A stretch of 32,152 nucleotides of DNA from an uncultured archaeon (lineage in GTDB: Archaea > Asgardarchaeota > Lokiarchaeia > Sigyniarchaeales > SOKP01), in NCBI GenBank assembly GCA_964493715.1, contig CAZBPC010000029.1, positions 2,205-34,356 of the forward strand, given 5' to 3'. A model generated the notes under the pieces. The model did no database searches, was not told the origin of the DNA, and saw only the letters and a program-made list of their open reading frames with translations. Positions 8,703 to 17,689 of this stretch are shown in pieces; position 1 is the stretch's first letter; each line of letters begins with the position of its first letter. The translations under genes and the position numbers were made by a program.

Positions 8703-8779
8703 TAAATAAAATTTTGCGTTAATTATTCCATCTTATTTGTATTATTTCCTACATTTTCGATAATAAGATAACAGATTTA

Positions 8780-9304
8780 TTATTTCTTTTGATCTTTAGC
8801 TTTTAAAGTCAGTTTCAATATTGTTTTAGCAAATTCTAAACTTGGTACAATATCCAATGCGTTATTCAGTGCTTTAATTGCATTATCATATTCTCCTATG
8901 TTAAAATAAGACGATCCGAGATTAGTCCACGCGACTTCATCTTTGGAATTTAATTCAGTTGCCTTCTTACAAGCTTTGATAGCTTCTTGGAAATCTCCTT
9001 TTTCAAGTAGAGCTGAACTGAGTTCAGTCCAAGCGATTGAGAGACTTGGATTTAATTTCAATGCGTTGTGTAAAGAAATTATTGCATTATCATAATCCTC
9101 TATTTCAATATATAAGAATCCCAGATTATGCCATTGAATTGGATCATCTGATTTTAATTTTAAACCTTTTTTATAAGCATCAATCGCCAACTCGTGTTGT
9201 TCTTCTTGGAAATATTGAAAAGCTAACTTGAAACATAATTCTGAGTCTTTAAGATCTTTTTCTATTCTTTTTTTAACCATATCGGAATTATTTTTAATAC
9301 TCAT
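8780..9304 (-). CDS. Tetratricopeptide repeat protein (about 4 TPRs)
   Basis: Repeated W-x-N-L-G...A-I-x-A...A-L-x-L-x-P consensus at 34-aa spacing. Confidence 0.92.
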   Translation of the reverse strand: MSIKNNSDMVKKRIEKDLKDSELCFKLAFQYFQEEQHELAIDAYKKGLKLKSDDPIQWHNLGFLYIEIEDYDNAIISLHNALKLNPSLSIAWTELSSALLEKGDFQEAIKACKKATELNSKDEVAWTNLGSSYFNIGEYDNAIKALNNALDIVPSLEFAKTILKLTLKAKDQKK

Positions 9305-9310
9305 ATCGTT

Positions 9311-9874
9311 TCAGTTATTACATTTTGAAATAGAATCCATAAATCTTGTTTTTATGTTTTTTGGAGATAATGAGATATTAGGAACGTCTACATTTTCTGG
9401 TTCAGTTTTAATGAGAATAAAGTGGCATCCCGTTCCTAATTCCATAAACGTTGGGACTATATCTTCTCTATTATTAATCACGAATATTGATTCAAATCCT
9501 GTTGCTCGAGCTATTGCATCTAATTTTGTTTTACGATTAGTATGCGTTTTTTGGTCCTCGGTCGATTCATACACCCCATTATCAATAACTATCAATGTTA
9601 AATTTAATGGATTTGCAAATGAAATCGTGCTTAAGCTTCCTAAATTCATGAGGAGTGATGCACCACTATCTATACACCAAACCTTGAGTTTTGGGTTAGT
9701 TAATGCAATTCCAAGAGCAATTGAAGATGAAAGTCCATTCGATCCCATCATGTAGAAATTCTGTGGTTTATCCTTAAGGAAATATAATTCATTAGATGTT
9801 TGACCTAAATTACAAATGATATATTGATCATCAATAACCTCAATAATTTTTTTCAAAGCATCAAATCTTTTCAT
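9311..9874 (-). CDS. comE: Sulfopyruvate decarboxylase beta subunit-like (ThDP-binding C-terminal domain), degenerate motif
   Basis: NFYMMGS.GLSSSIALG, LLMNLGSL and IDNGVY.ST motifs, directly downstream of comD. Likely start is ATG 9874 (track uses GTG 9883). The GDG motif reads SGA. Confidence 0.75.
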   Translation of the reverse strand: MKRFDALKKIIEVIDDQYIICNLGQTSNELYFLKDKPQNFYMMGSNGLSSSIALGIALTNPKLKVWCIDSGASLLMNLGSLSTISFANPLNLTLIVIDNGVYESTEDQKTHTNRKTKLDAIARATGFESIFVINNREDIVPTFMELGTGCHFILIKTEPENVDVPNISLSPKNIKTRFMDSISKCNN

Positions 9875-9875
9875 C

Positions 9876-10370
9876 TCATTCACTCCATAAACTCTGTTTT
9901 AATAAAATGGCTACTGATATATTATTATCATTACTATAATTGATGGCAGCTTTAATATTACTAATATCTTTATTACTATGTATATTCCAAAATCTCATAG
10001 AAATGTCATCTAATAATGTTTCAGTTATTTTCCCCATTGGAATATGCGCACTGATTGGATCTTCCTCTTCTCCGCGATGAGAAACGAAAAAAATAACAGG
10101 AATCTCATAAAATTGAAGTAATGATGTTATAGCATTTATAGAATTACCTAATCCAGAATTTTGCATTAGGACTGCCGGTTTTTTGCCCCCTAAATACGCA
10201 CCTGCTGCAATCCCTACCCCTTCTTCCTCTCGAGTTACGGGTAAATAAAAAATTTCTTCCTTATCATCAATAATCTTTAGAATATCTTTTAGGAGTTGAC
10301 ATGGTACTGATATTATAAAGTTAATTCCTGAATCTTTAATGATTTTGTAAATCTTGAGGTCAATATTCAT
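9876..10370 (-). CDS. comD: Sulfopyruvate decarboxylase alpha subunit
   Basis: SVPC, TREEEGVGIAAGAYLGG, MQNSGLGNSINA and SHRG motifs. Confidence 0.85.
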   Translation of the reverse strand: MNIDLKIYKIIKDSGINFIISVPCQLLKDILKIIDDKEEIFYLPVTREEEGVGIAAGAYLGGKKPAVLMQNSGLGNSINAITSLLQFYEIPVIFFVSHRGEEEDPISAHIPMGKITETLLDDISMRFWNIHSNKDISNIKAAINYSNDNNISVAILLKQSLWSE

Positions 10371-10485
10371 GAGAGATTAAAAATATTTATTTTAACGCCT
10401 AGTTAAACTATTTATTTTCATTAATATACTAAAACCTATTAAATTTAGTGCAATAATATCTTAATAATAATAACCATGAGCTCTA

Positions 10486-11742
10486 ATGAAAGCACTCGTT
10501 TTTGACTATAAAGTCTCAAGGTTGGCAATAAGTCGCATCTTTGGTTCCTTTTTTTTAAAGGGATATCTCACGAAACTGGGTTTTCTTCATTTAAAGGAAA
10601 TAGCTTGTCCTAATATAAAAAACGACAAATGGGTTATTGTCAAAACGAAATTTTGTGGTATTTGTGGTTCAGATCATAAACAGGTGTTTTTAGATGGTAA
10701 TCGGGATAATCCTATGACTGCAGTGATCTCATGGCCGCAGATCCTTGGACATGAAGCTGTTGGAATTATTACGAAAGGCGAAACTAGTAAAGGTTTACAT
10801 ATTGGTGATAGAGTTGTATTAAATCCCTGGCTTGGGTGTGTCCCAAGAGGGATAGATCCGCCCTGTATAGCTTGCCAAGCAGGAAACAATACCTTATGTC
10901 GAAACTTTACAAATGGGAATCTGACAAGAGGGATTCATACTGGGAATAGTAGTGATGCTACAGGAGGATTTGCAGAATTCTTTCCGGCACATAATTCAAT
11001 GGCATTCAAGATTCCTGATGATATATCTTGGGACCAAGCTACACTTTCTGATCCATTTTCTGTTGCATTTCATTCAATTTTAAAAGTGTCCCCAAAACCC
11101 GGTTCAATTTGCGCCGTTTATGGATGCGGAAATTTGGGATTATTGACAATTCATATATTAAAATCAGTGTTCAAGGAAGTTCAAGTTATAGCAATAGCAA
11201 AATTCGAGCACCAAGCAAAAATGGCAGAAAATTTTGGTGCTGATAAAATTATAAGATCAGATTATACATATAAAATAATTGAGAAAATTGCTGATTTTGT
11301 ACAATGCGACATACTTTACTTAAAAAAGAAAAAGCCTTGGCTAATTGAAGGAGTTGACTTTTTATTTGATACTGTTGCCTCTCCTGAAACTTTAGAAACG
11401 GGGATTCGAATAGTTAAATCTCGATCAACTCCTAATGATAGTAAAAGTAGGGGATCTGGTACGATTGTTGTTACTGGAGTATCATCTCCTAAACGATTTG
11501 AATGGACGCCATGGTATTTTAAAGAAATCAGGATAGTCGGTAGCAATGCTTTTTCTGTTGAAGAATATGAAGGTTATAAGGAACATTCTTATGAACACTA
11601 CTTTAGGTTTCTGAGAGATGGACGAGTGAATCCTTCAGAGATGATCACTCATAAATTTCCCCTTTCTTTGTACAAAAAAGCATTTTTGACTGCTCATAAT
11701 CAAGAAAAATATAAATCAATCAAAGTTGGTTTTTCATATTGA
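10486..11742 (+). CDS. Zinc-dependent medium-chain alcohol dehydrogenase (MDR) family
   Basis: CGICGSD, LGHE, four structural-Zn cysteines, GCGNLG Rossmann motif, ITHKFPL. Confidence 0.92.
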   Translation: MKALVFDYKVSRLAISRIFGSFFLKGYLTKLGFLHLKEIACPNIKNDKWVIVKTKFCGICGSDHKQVFLDGNRDNPMTAVISWPQILGHEAVGIITKGETSKGLHIGDRVVLNPWLGCVPRGIDPPCIACQAGNNTLCRNFTNGNLTRGIHTGNSSDATGGFAEFFPAHNSMAFKIPDDISWDQATLSDPFSVAFHSILKVSPKPGSICAVYGCGNLGLLTIHILKSVFKEVQVIAIAKFEHQAKMAENFGADKIIRSDYTYKIIEKIADFVQCDILYLKKKKPWLIEGVDFLFDTVASPETLETGIRIVKSRSTPNDSKSRGSGTIVVTGVSSPKRFEWTPWYFKEIRIVGSNAFSVEEYEGYKEHSYEHYFRFLRDGRVNPSEMITHKFPLSLYKKAFLTAHNQEKYKSIKVGFSY

Positions 11743-11789
11743 CATTTAGAGGATGAGAGAAACTGAAGTCTAATAATTATCAAAATATC

Positions 11790-13016
11790 ATGCCAGCATT
11801 AGTTTTTGAAATGAAAACTTTGAAACTTATAAAAGCGTATGTGAGAGGAAAGATAAAAAACAATGGATATTGGAAATCAGGAGGGCCTCTAAATCTCAAA
11901 GTTGTCCCTTTACCAAAATTAGTGTCTAATGATTGGGTAATCGTAAAAACGGTCTATTGTGGAATATGTGGGAGTGATATGAAAGAAATTACACTTAGTG
12001 GAAATAGAGATAATCCCCTTCAGTCACTAATCTCATTTCCTCAAATATTGGGTCATGAACCAGTAGGGATAATTGAGAAAGTAGGTCCAACTGTCTTAAA
12101 CTTCAAGCTAGGTGATAGAATTGCTATATCTCCTTGGTTTAATTGTGCAAGTCGAGGGTTTATTCCACCTTGCCCACGTTGTAAACAAGGGGATTATGTT
12201 CATTGTTCTAATTTTAAGTCAGGGCAGTTACCCTCTGGCATGCATTTAGGAGTGACAAAAGGATTTGGAGGGTTTGCTCCCTACATAGCCGTCCATAAAT
12301 CTCAATGTTTTCTCATTCCTAATAATATTAGTTTTGAACAAGCGGTTTTAGCTGATCCTTTTTCAGTTGCATTTCATTCACTATTGACACTCAATCCAAG
12401 TCCAACTGATATTATTATGGTTTATGGGTTAGGAGTTATAGGATTATTGACGATTCTTTGCTTGAAAAACCTATTTAATGTAGAAAATGTGATAGCTGTT
12501 GCGCGGTATCCTTTCCAAAAGGATCTTGCACTAGAAATAGGAGCATCTAAAGTCTTCACAAGTTCAGGTGGACAACTAATTGAGGAAATCGCAAAGTATT
12601 TTAACTTAAAATTGTATAAACCAGATAAAGGGTTAAAATGGGCTTTAGATGGTGTGGATGGAATAATTGATACCGTTGCATCTGCTGAAACAATGGAAAT
12701 AGGGATTAGAATTACACGTGCGCAAGGAAAAATTATATTTTTAGGAGTTAGTACCCCAAAAAGAGTTGAAAACACGTTGCACTATTTTAAAGAACTTGAA
12801 ATAATTGGTTCAAATGCTTTTAGCATTGAAAACTTTGAAAAACAGATTCAGCATGCATTTTATTTCTTTTTAGACTTTTTATCTAAAGATCGGATAGATG
12901 TCTCTAGATTTATTACTCATGTTTTTCCTTTAGACGATTTTGATGAAGCTTTTAATGTGTTAATAAATAAAAAAAAAACTAAAGCGATAAAAGTATTATT
13001 TAAGTTTAATTCTTAG
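11790..13016 (+). CDS. Zinc-dependent MDR dehydrogenase, tandem paralog of the preceding gene
   Basis: CGICGSD, LGHE and GLGVIG; shares GNRDNP, DPFSVAFHS, DTVAS and FKE..I.GSNAFS with the upstream paralog. Confidence 0.92.
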   Translation: MPALVFEMKTLKLIKAYVRGKIKNNGYWKSGGPLNLKVVPLPKLVSNDWVIVKTVYCGICGSDMKEITLSGNRDNPLQSLISFPQILGHEPVGIIEKVGPTVLNFKLGDRIAISPWFNCASRGFIPPCPRCKQGDYVHCSNFKSGQLPSGMHLGVTKGFGGFAPYIAVHKSQCFLIPNNISFEQAVLADPFSVAFHSLLTLNPSPTDIIMVYGLGVIGLLTILCLKNLFNVENVIAVARYPFQKDLALEIGASKVFTSSGGQLIEEIAKYFNLKLYKPDKGLKWALDGVDGIIDTVASAETMEIGIRITRAQGKIIFLGVSTPKRVENTLHYFKELEIIGSNAFSIENFEKQIQHAFYFFLDFLSKDRIDVSRFITHVFPLDDFDEAFNVLINKKKTKAIKVLFKFNS

Positions 13017-13834
13017 GTGATTTGCAGGTTCATATCCTTCTTCTTCTTGCTGATACCACTTCCTGACCATGACACGTTACCGAAATCAACGGAACTATCT
13101 CCACATATTATAGCTATAACAATGATAATCAATACGATAATGACAATAACTACTGCGATAATCAAAGCAAGTATCAATATCCCTTGTATTCTAACAAATT
13201 TATACAGCCATATATGATCATATTTCCTTTGATCTTTTTTCATCACTTTTGCTCCGTAAAACATTATAATAAGAGCGACCACGCAAATATAAGCTATACT
13301 TATAGGAACGGTTAACAGGAAGTTATGGATATTGAATATATAAATGAAAATTATCTCTACTATCAATATTCCTAACAGATATAAGAAAATATGAGCCCAA
13401 AGGTAACCTTTAGCAAAATATTTGTTTCTCAATGCAAGTCCCATTAAAAAAACTATAACCGTTGCACCTACAGACAAGCTGACAAACATGTGAACTTGAG
13501 GTAAAAATTCTGTATATACAACAACGGGTAAAGTGATAAAACCTGCCCCATATGAGAAAATACCATATAGCAGGAATACTAGTAAGGTTTTTTCTCTTTT
13601 TGAAGCAATTAAAAACCCAAAATATAAAAAAACTTCAATAGCAAGGAATGTTATATATATAACTAGATAGAAAGGACTTAGTTCAATATCTGAAAAATAC
13701 CAACTAGATAATAATTCACCAAGCAGCCATAATAAAGAACCCATTAGCAAAGTTGGTAATATTTTTCTGACAAAAATAGCTCTCTGAGCATCATCTAATA
13801 TATAATTTTTCTTTTTCTTTTCATGAATACTCAT
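13013..13834 (-). CDS. Seven-TM membrane protein, possibly Bax inhibitor-1/YccA (TMBIM)-like
   Basis: About 7 hydrophobic segments. QRAIFVRKI before TM1 resembles the BI-1 RxxFxRKV motif; Lys-rich C-terminal tail. Confidence 0.5.
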   Translation of the reverse strand: MSIHEKKKKNYILDDAQRAIFVRKILPTLLMGSLLWLLGELLSSWYFSDIELSPFYLVIYITFLAIEVFLYFGFLIASKREKTLLVFLLYGIFSYGAGFITLPVVVYTEFLPQVHMFVSLSVGATVIVFLMGLALRNKYFAKGYLWAHIFLYLLGILIVEIIFIYIFNIHNFLLTVPISIAYICVVALIIMFYGAKVMKKDQRKYDHIWLYKFVRIQGILILALIIAVVIVIIVLIIIVIAIICGDSSVDFGNVSWSGSGISKKKKDMNLQIT

Positions 13835-13905
13835 AATGACATCTCTTTTTAATTAAATAGGATTTCGATATAAATAGAAATAAAATAACTAAATATAAAG
13901 TTAAT

Positions 13906-15123
13906 TTATATTATACCTTGTTGCGTAAATTCTTTGATATCTTCAATTGAATAACCTAGTGATTTAAGAATTTCTTTAGTGTGAAGTCCTACTTTAGGAG
14001 CAAGAGTTCGAATAGGTAATGGAGTTCTGGAATATTTGATTGGAGAAACAATATTAGGGATTTTACCAAATTTGGGATGATCTAATTCTACAACCATCTT
14101 CCGCGCTTTTATTTGAGGATCATCACATGCTTCAGCAAAAGTTTTTACGGGCATTACACATGCATCTAAATCTTTAAAGATTTCTAACCATTCTTTTTGA
14201 GTTTTTGTATTGAATTCTTTTTGAACATCATGAAATACTTCCTCACGTTCTTCATCTTGAGACATTTGTTTTAGTTTTAAATCTTCACGACCAAGACCAG
14301 TACATAAATCACGCCAAAACTTCACTTCAATAGCTCCTACAGTTAAATATTTATTGTCTTTGGTTTTGTAAATATTATAATAGGGACAATTTCCATGTAA
14401 AATATTTTCATTCTTTATCATCCCATCATTTAAATATTTAGAAAAATGAAGTGCTGCTGTCATTGGCATAAAAGAAAAGACGGAATCTAGCATCGAAACA
14501 TCAATGTATTGACCTTCATTTCCAGTATTAGTAGATCTTTCAATAATCGCACCCAGAATTCCAATAGCTGCCACTAAACCCCCTCCAATGTCCGCTGATT
14601 GAACACATGGTACAATAGGATCTTGAGGTTTATCTTTCATTCCAAAAATCTTCCTTGGTCGATTTAGATCCACGATACCACAAATTCCAGCATAATTCAT
14701 ATCATGACCTGCAATTTGTTCATAAGGACCGTTTTGACCATATCCCGTCAAAGAACAATAAATTATTGATTTATTAATGCTAGAAAGCGTGTTATAATCT
14801 ATTTTTAAATTATTAATAACTCTTGGTCTAAACGTTTCTAATACGATATCTGATTGTTTAACTAACTTGTAAAAAATGTCTCTGGCTTTTTCTTTTTTCA
14901 AATTTAATGTAATAGATTTTTTATTACGCATTAATATGGAATTGAAAGCACTCTCTCTATATCTCCCTTTCTGAAAAAACGGAGGTGGATTTGCATATGC
15001 AAAATTGGGATCGTTAACGTGAATTATTTCTGCGCCTAAATCAGCTAATATCATAGAGCAATATGGCCCAGGTAACAACCTTGATAAATCTAAGACTTTA
15101 ATATTCTTTAGAGGTAGTGACAT
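13906..15123 (-). CDS. CaiB/BaiF family III CoA-transferase / alpha-methylacyl-CoA racemase-like
   Basis: LDLSRLLPGP, RNKKSITLNLK, ETFRP, GYGQNGP, GHDMNY, ADIGGG and IDVSM motifs. Confidence 0.93.
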   Translation of the reverse strand: MSLPLKNIKVLDLSRLLPGPYCSMILADLGAEIIHVNDPNFAYANPPPFFQKGRYRESAFNSILMRNKKSITLNLKKEKARDIFYKLVKQSDIVLETFRPRVINNLKIDYNTLSSINKSIIYCSLTGYGQNGPYEQIAGHDMNYAGICGIVDLNRPRKIFGMKDKPQDPIVPCVQSADIGGGLVAAIGILGAIIERSTNTGNEGQYIDVSMLDSVFSFMPMTAALHFSKYLNDGMIKNENILHGNCPYYNIYKTKDNKYLTVGAIEVKFWRDLCTGLGREDLKLKQMSQDEEREEVFHDVQKEFNTKTQKEWLEIFKDLDACVMPVKTFAEACDDPQIKARKMVVELDHPKFGKIPNIVSPIKYSRTPLPIRTLAPKVGLHTKEILKSLGYSIEDIKEFTQQGII

Positions 15124-15193
15124 GTTTAGTTTTCAAATGGCTTATTTTGATGTAGGTTATATCGATTAAATAAATCATGATATAAGTATTATA

Positions 15194-15706
15194 TTATAAG
15201 TAGATAATCTCAGCTTTATCTGCATTTGTATCTAATATAGCAAATGATCCTTTTCCTGTAAGATAACCACATGCTTCCCCCGGATTCAAGACAATAACTC
15301 CATTTTCATATTTCTCATTTACGATAGCATGGGTATGACCAGAAAATACATAATCAAATTTGCCTGAGTGTGCTAAAGCTTTAATTACACCTTGCTTTGG
15401 CATATGTGAAGCAAATATTTGTTTTCCTTCAAACTCTAATAACCATTCATTTCCATTCTCTACAAGCTTACAAATTTTTCCAAGGTTTTGTCTTAAAAAA
15501 ACATGATCACCATCATTATTTCCGAAAACGCCATAAAAATTCTGTTTGATCAATTCGTCTAATTTATCAAACCAATTTTTTACAAATGGTGAGCAGAAAT
15601 CGCCACAATGAATCAATGCTTCGACATTTCGATCATTCATCATCGATACTGCTTTTAAAATATTGGTCTTATTATCATGTGTATCAGATATTATTGCTAT
15701 TAACAT
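15194..15706 (-). CDS. Metallophosphoesterase, YfcE/MJ0936 (Vps29-related) family
   Basis: SDTH, HCGD, GNND, SH, GHTH and NPG motifs. Confidence 0.92.
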   Translation of the reverse strand: MLIAIISDTHDNKTNILKAVSMMNDRNVEALIHCGDFCSPFVKNWFDKLDELIKQNFYGVFGNNDGDHVFLRQNLGKICKLVENGNEWLLEFEGKQIFASHMPKQGVIKALAHSGKFDYVFSGHTHAIVNEKYENGVIVLNPGEACGYLTGKGSFAILDTNADKAEIIYL

Positions 15707-15834
15707 TATTATCGTTTTTTATTGAACTTTTATAGTAACATTGTCAAAAAACAAATAAAAATATTGGCAACGTAAAAAAATAAATTAAACCAAAATTATA
15801 TTATATGAATAGAATCGTATAATTGTGACTTATA

Positions 15835-16905
15835 ATGATTGAAGAATTTTTGAGGGATGAAAAATCAGCTATAGACCTTCATTTAGAAGAATATTTTTCA
15901 AATTTGCATAATGAAGAAAAGGAAATTCTGCTAAAAGATTACACTTCTCAATTAAAAGAATTTGTCTTAAATAAAAAAGCTAAACGATTACATCCTATAT
16001 TATTAATAGCGGCATTTATAGGAATTGTTAATCCAATTTATTTAGAAGATCAAATTGAACACATTAGAAAAGTCTCATTAGCTATTGAATTATTACATAG
16101 TGCTTACCTTATCCATGATGATTTAATAGATAGCGATGAAGTTCGGAGGAATGAGCCTACATTTCATATTCAATTAAAAAATGAAATGAATAGGATATAC
16201 AAAGACTCAGATATCTTAAAATTTGACGCTTATAATATGTATGGAAGGGATTTAAGTATTCTAGGAGGCACACAAGGATATATCTTAGGACTTAATTTAA
16301 TAAAAGATTCAAAATTCCCAGATAATCTGAAATTAATGGCTATGAATGAATATATCTCTGCTATGGATTATATGGTGAAAGGGCAAATCCTGGAAATATA
16401 TATGCATTACCATAACATAACCATGACATTAGAACAGTATCTAAATATTGCTGAAATGCAAAAAGCACGATTATTAGAAAAATCCACTAAAATAGGAGCA
16501 ATATTAGCAAAAGGAAACTTACATTATCAAATCAAACCTCTAGGTGAAGCCTTACTACTTATGGGTCAAGCATACGCAATCAGAGATGATATTTTAGACA
16601 CGAGGGAAGACATTAAAAGTAAAAAGAAAAAAAGTCTCTATATTCTTGCAGTTCAGAATACAGACGAAGAGCAATCAAGAATATTGAATGAAATTTATCA
16701 TCAAGATGAATTATCATCAAGTGATGTTAAAGATGTTGAGAAGATCTTTGCTGAAACAAATGCCATAATTGTTGCTGATCATTTTGCTAAAAATTTAATT
16801 GTACAAGCAAAAAGACATCTTAAAGACATTTACCCTGATTTAAATAAAAATCAGAAGGTCTTCTTTAATGAATTTACTGATTATATTTATATGAGAGAAT
16901 TCTAA
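15835..16905 (+). CDS. Trans-polyprenyl diphosphate synthase (IdsA/GGPPS family), divergent
   Basis: AKRLHP, first Asp-rich motif LIHDDLIDSDEVRR, GQ, second Asp-rich motif IRDDILD. Confidence 0.88.
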   Translation: MIEEFLRDEKSAIDLHLEEYFSNLHNEEKEILLKDYTSQLKEFVLNKKAKRLHPILLIAAFIGIVNPIYLEDQIEHIRKVSLAIELLHSAYLIHDDLIDSDEVRRNEPTFHIQLKNEMNRIYKDSDILKFDAYNMYGRDLSILGGTQGYILGLNLIKDSKFPDNLKLMAMNEYISAMDYMVKGQILEIYMHYHNITMTLEQYLNIAEMQKARLLEKSTKIGAILAKGNLHYQIKPLGEALLLMGQAYAIRDDILDTREDIKSKKKKSLYILAVQNTDEEQSRILNEIYHQDELSSSDVKDVEKIFAETNAIIVADHFAKNLIVQAKRHLKDIYPDLNKNQKVFFNEFTDYIYMREF

Positions 16906-16913
16906 TGAAGAAT

Positions 16914-17519
16914 TTAAATCACTAAATACTTTGACTGATTATTTTTTAACATCAGGTTATTTAATTCTTTAAATACATGGATTACATTATAATTTTCCAA
17001 TGCTGAGGTTCTATAATAACCTGTTAATCTCTTTTCTTTTAAGAAAGTTTGAATAAGAGTTTCATCGACTAAATTTTCTTTTTGAGTTGTTTCAATTAAA
17101 TCTTTTTTACTTCCTACAAGAATTTTAGGTATACTTGAACCCTTTGCATGCTGGATTAATTGATCATACCAAAAATCTAAATATTCAAAAGATTCTGAAC
17201 TTGTTAGATCAAAAACCATTAAAGCCCCATCAGCCCCCTTGAGAAATTTAGGAATAAGTGGTCTAAAACGTTCTTGACCACCAAAATCAAAAATGGAATT
17301 TGAAACAAGTTTCTCTCCTTGATCATCAGAATTTTCAGTATTATAAATAGGTAAATTAATTGAATGAAAATTTATTCCAATTGTCATAGATGTATCAAAA
17401 TTGAATGAATTAAAGCAAAAACGATTAAAAAGACAAGTTTTCCCTACTGCTGGACCACCTAATATAACAATTTTAAAAGAATATGTTACTAATTTTTCTT
17501 GAATTGCAATTCTCTTCAA
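16914..17519 (-). CDS. Rab-like small GTPase (Asgard eukaryotic-signature type)
   Basis: G1 GGPAVGKT, switch I TIG, G3 DFGGQERF, G4 variant SKKD, G5 TSA; no C-terminal Cys. Confidence 0.92.
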   Translation of the reverse strand: MKRIAIQEKLVTYSFKIVILGGPAVGKTCLFNRFCFNSFNFDTSMTIGINFHSINLPIYNTENSDDQGEKLVSNSIFDFGGQERFRPLIPKFLKGADGALMVFDLTSSESFEYLDFWYDQLIQHAKGSSIPKILVGSKKDLIETTQKENLVDETLIQTFLKEKRLTGYYRTSALENYNVIHVFKELNNLMLKNNQSKYLVI

Positions 17520-17689
17520 CTGAAATCCCTTTAAAAAAATGAAAACAAATAATTGGTATTTATTAAAAGATGAAATTATTCTTTGAAAAAAAGATTAATT
17601 AATATAAGCCTTAAATCTAAATTTAATCAATTCTTATTTTTCTCCAAGCAGATCACCCTTAAGATAATTAAAATTAAAGTGATATCCTG

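Noticed and set aside
15194-15706. Retromer Vps29 ortholog
   Set aside because: All metal-binding motifs of ordinary prokaryotic YfcE/MJ0936 phosphoesterases are intact, and there are no Vps26/Vps35-like neighbours.
15835-17519. Prenyl synthase convergent with the Rab-like GTPase as a protein prenylation system
   Set aside because: The GTPase ends in YLVI with no C-terminal Cys, the genes are convergent, and the prenyltransferase-fold protein in the window appears extracellular.
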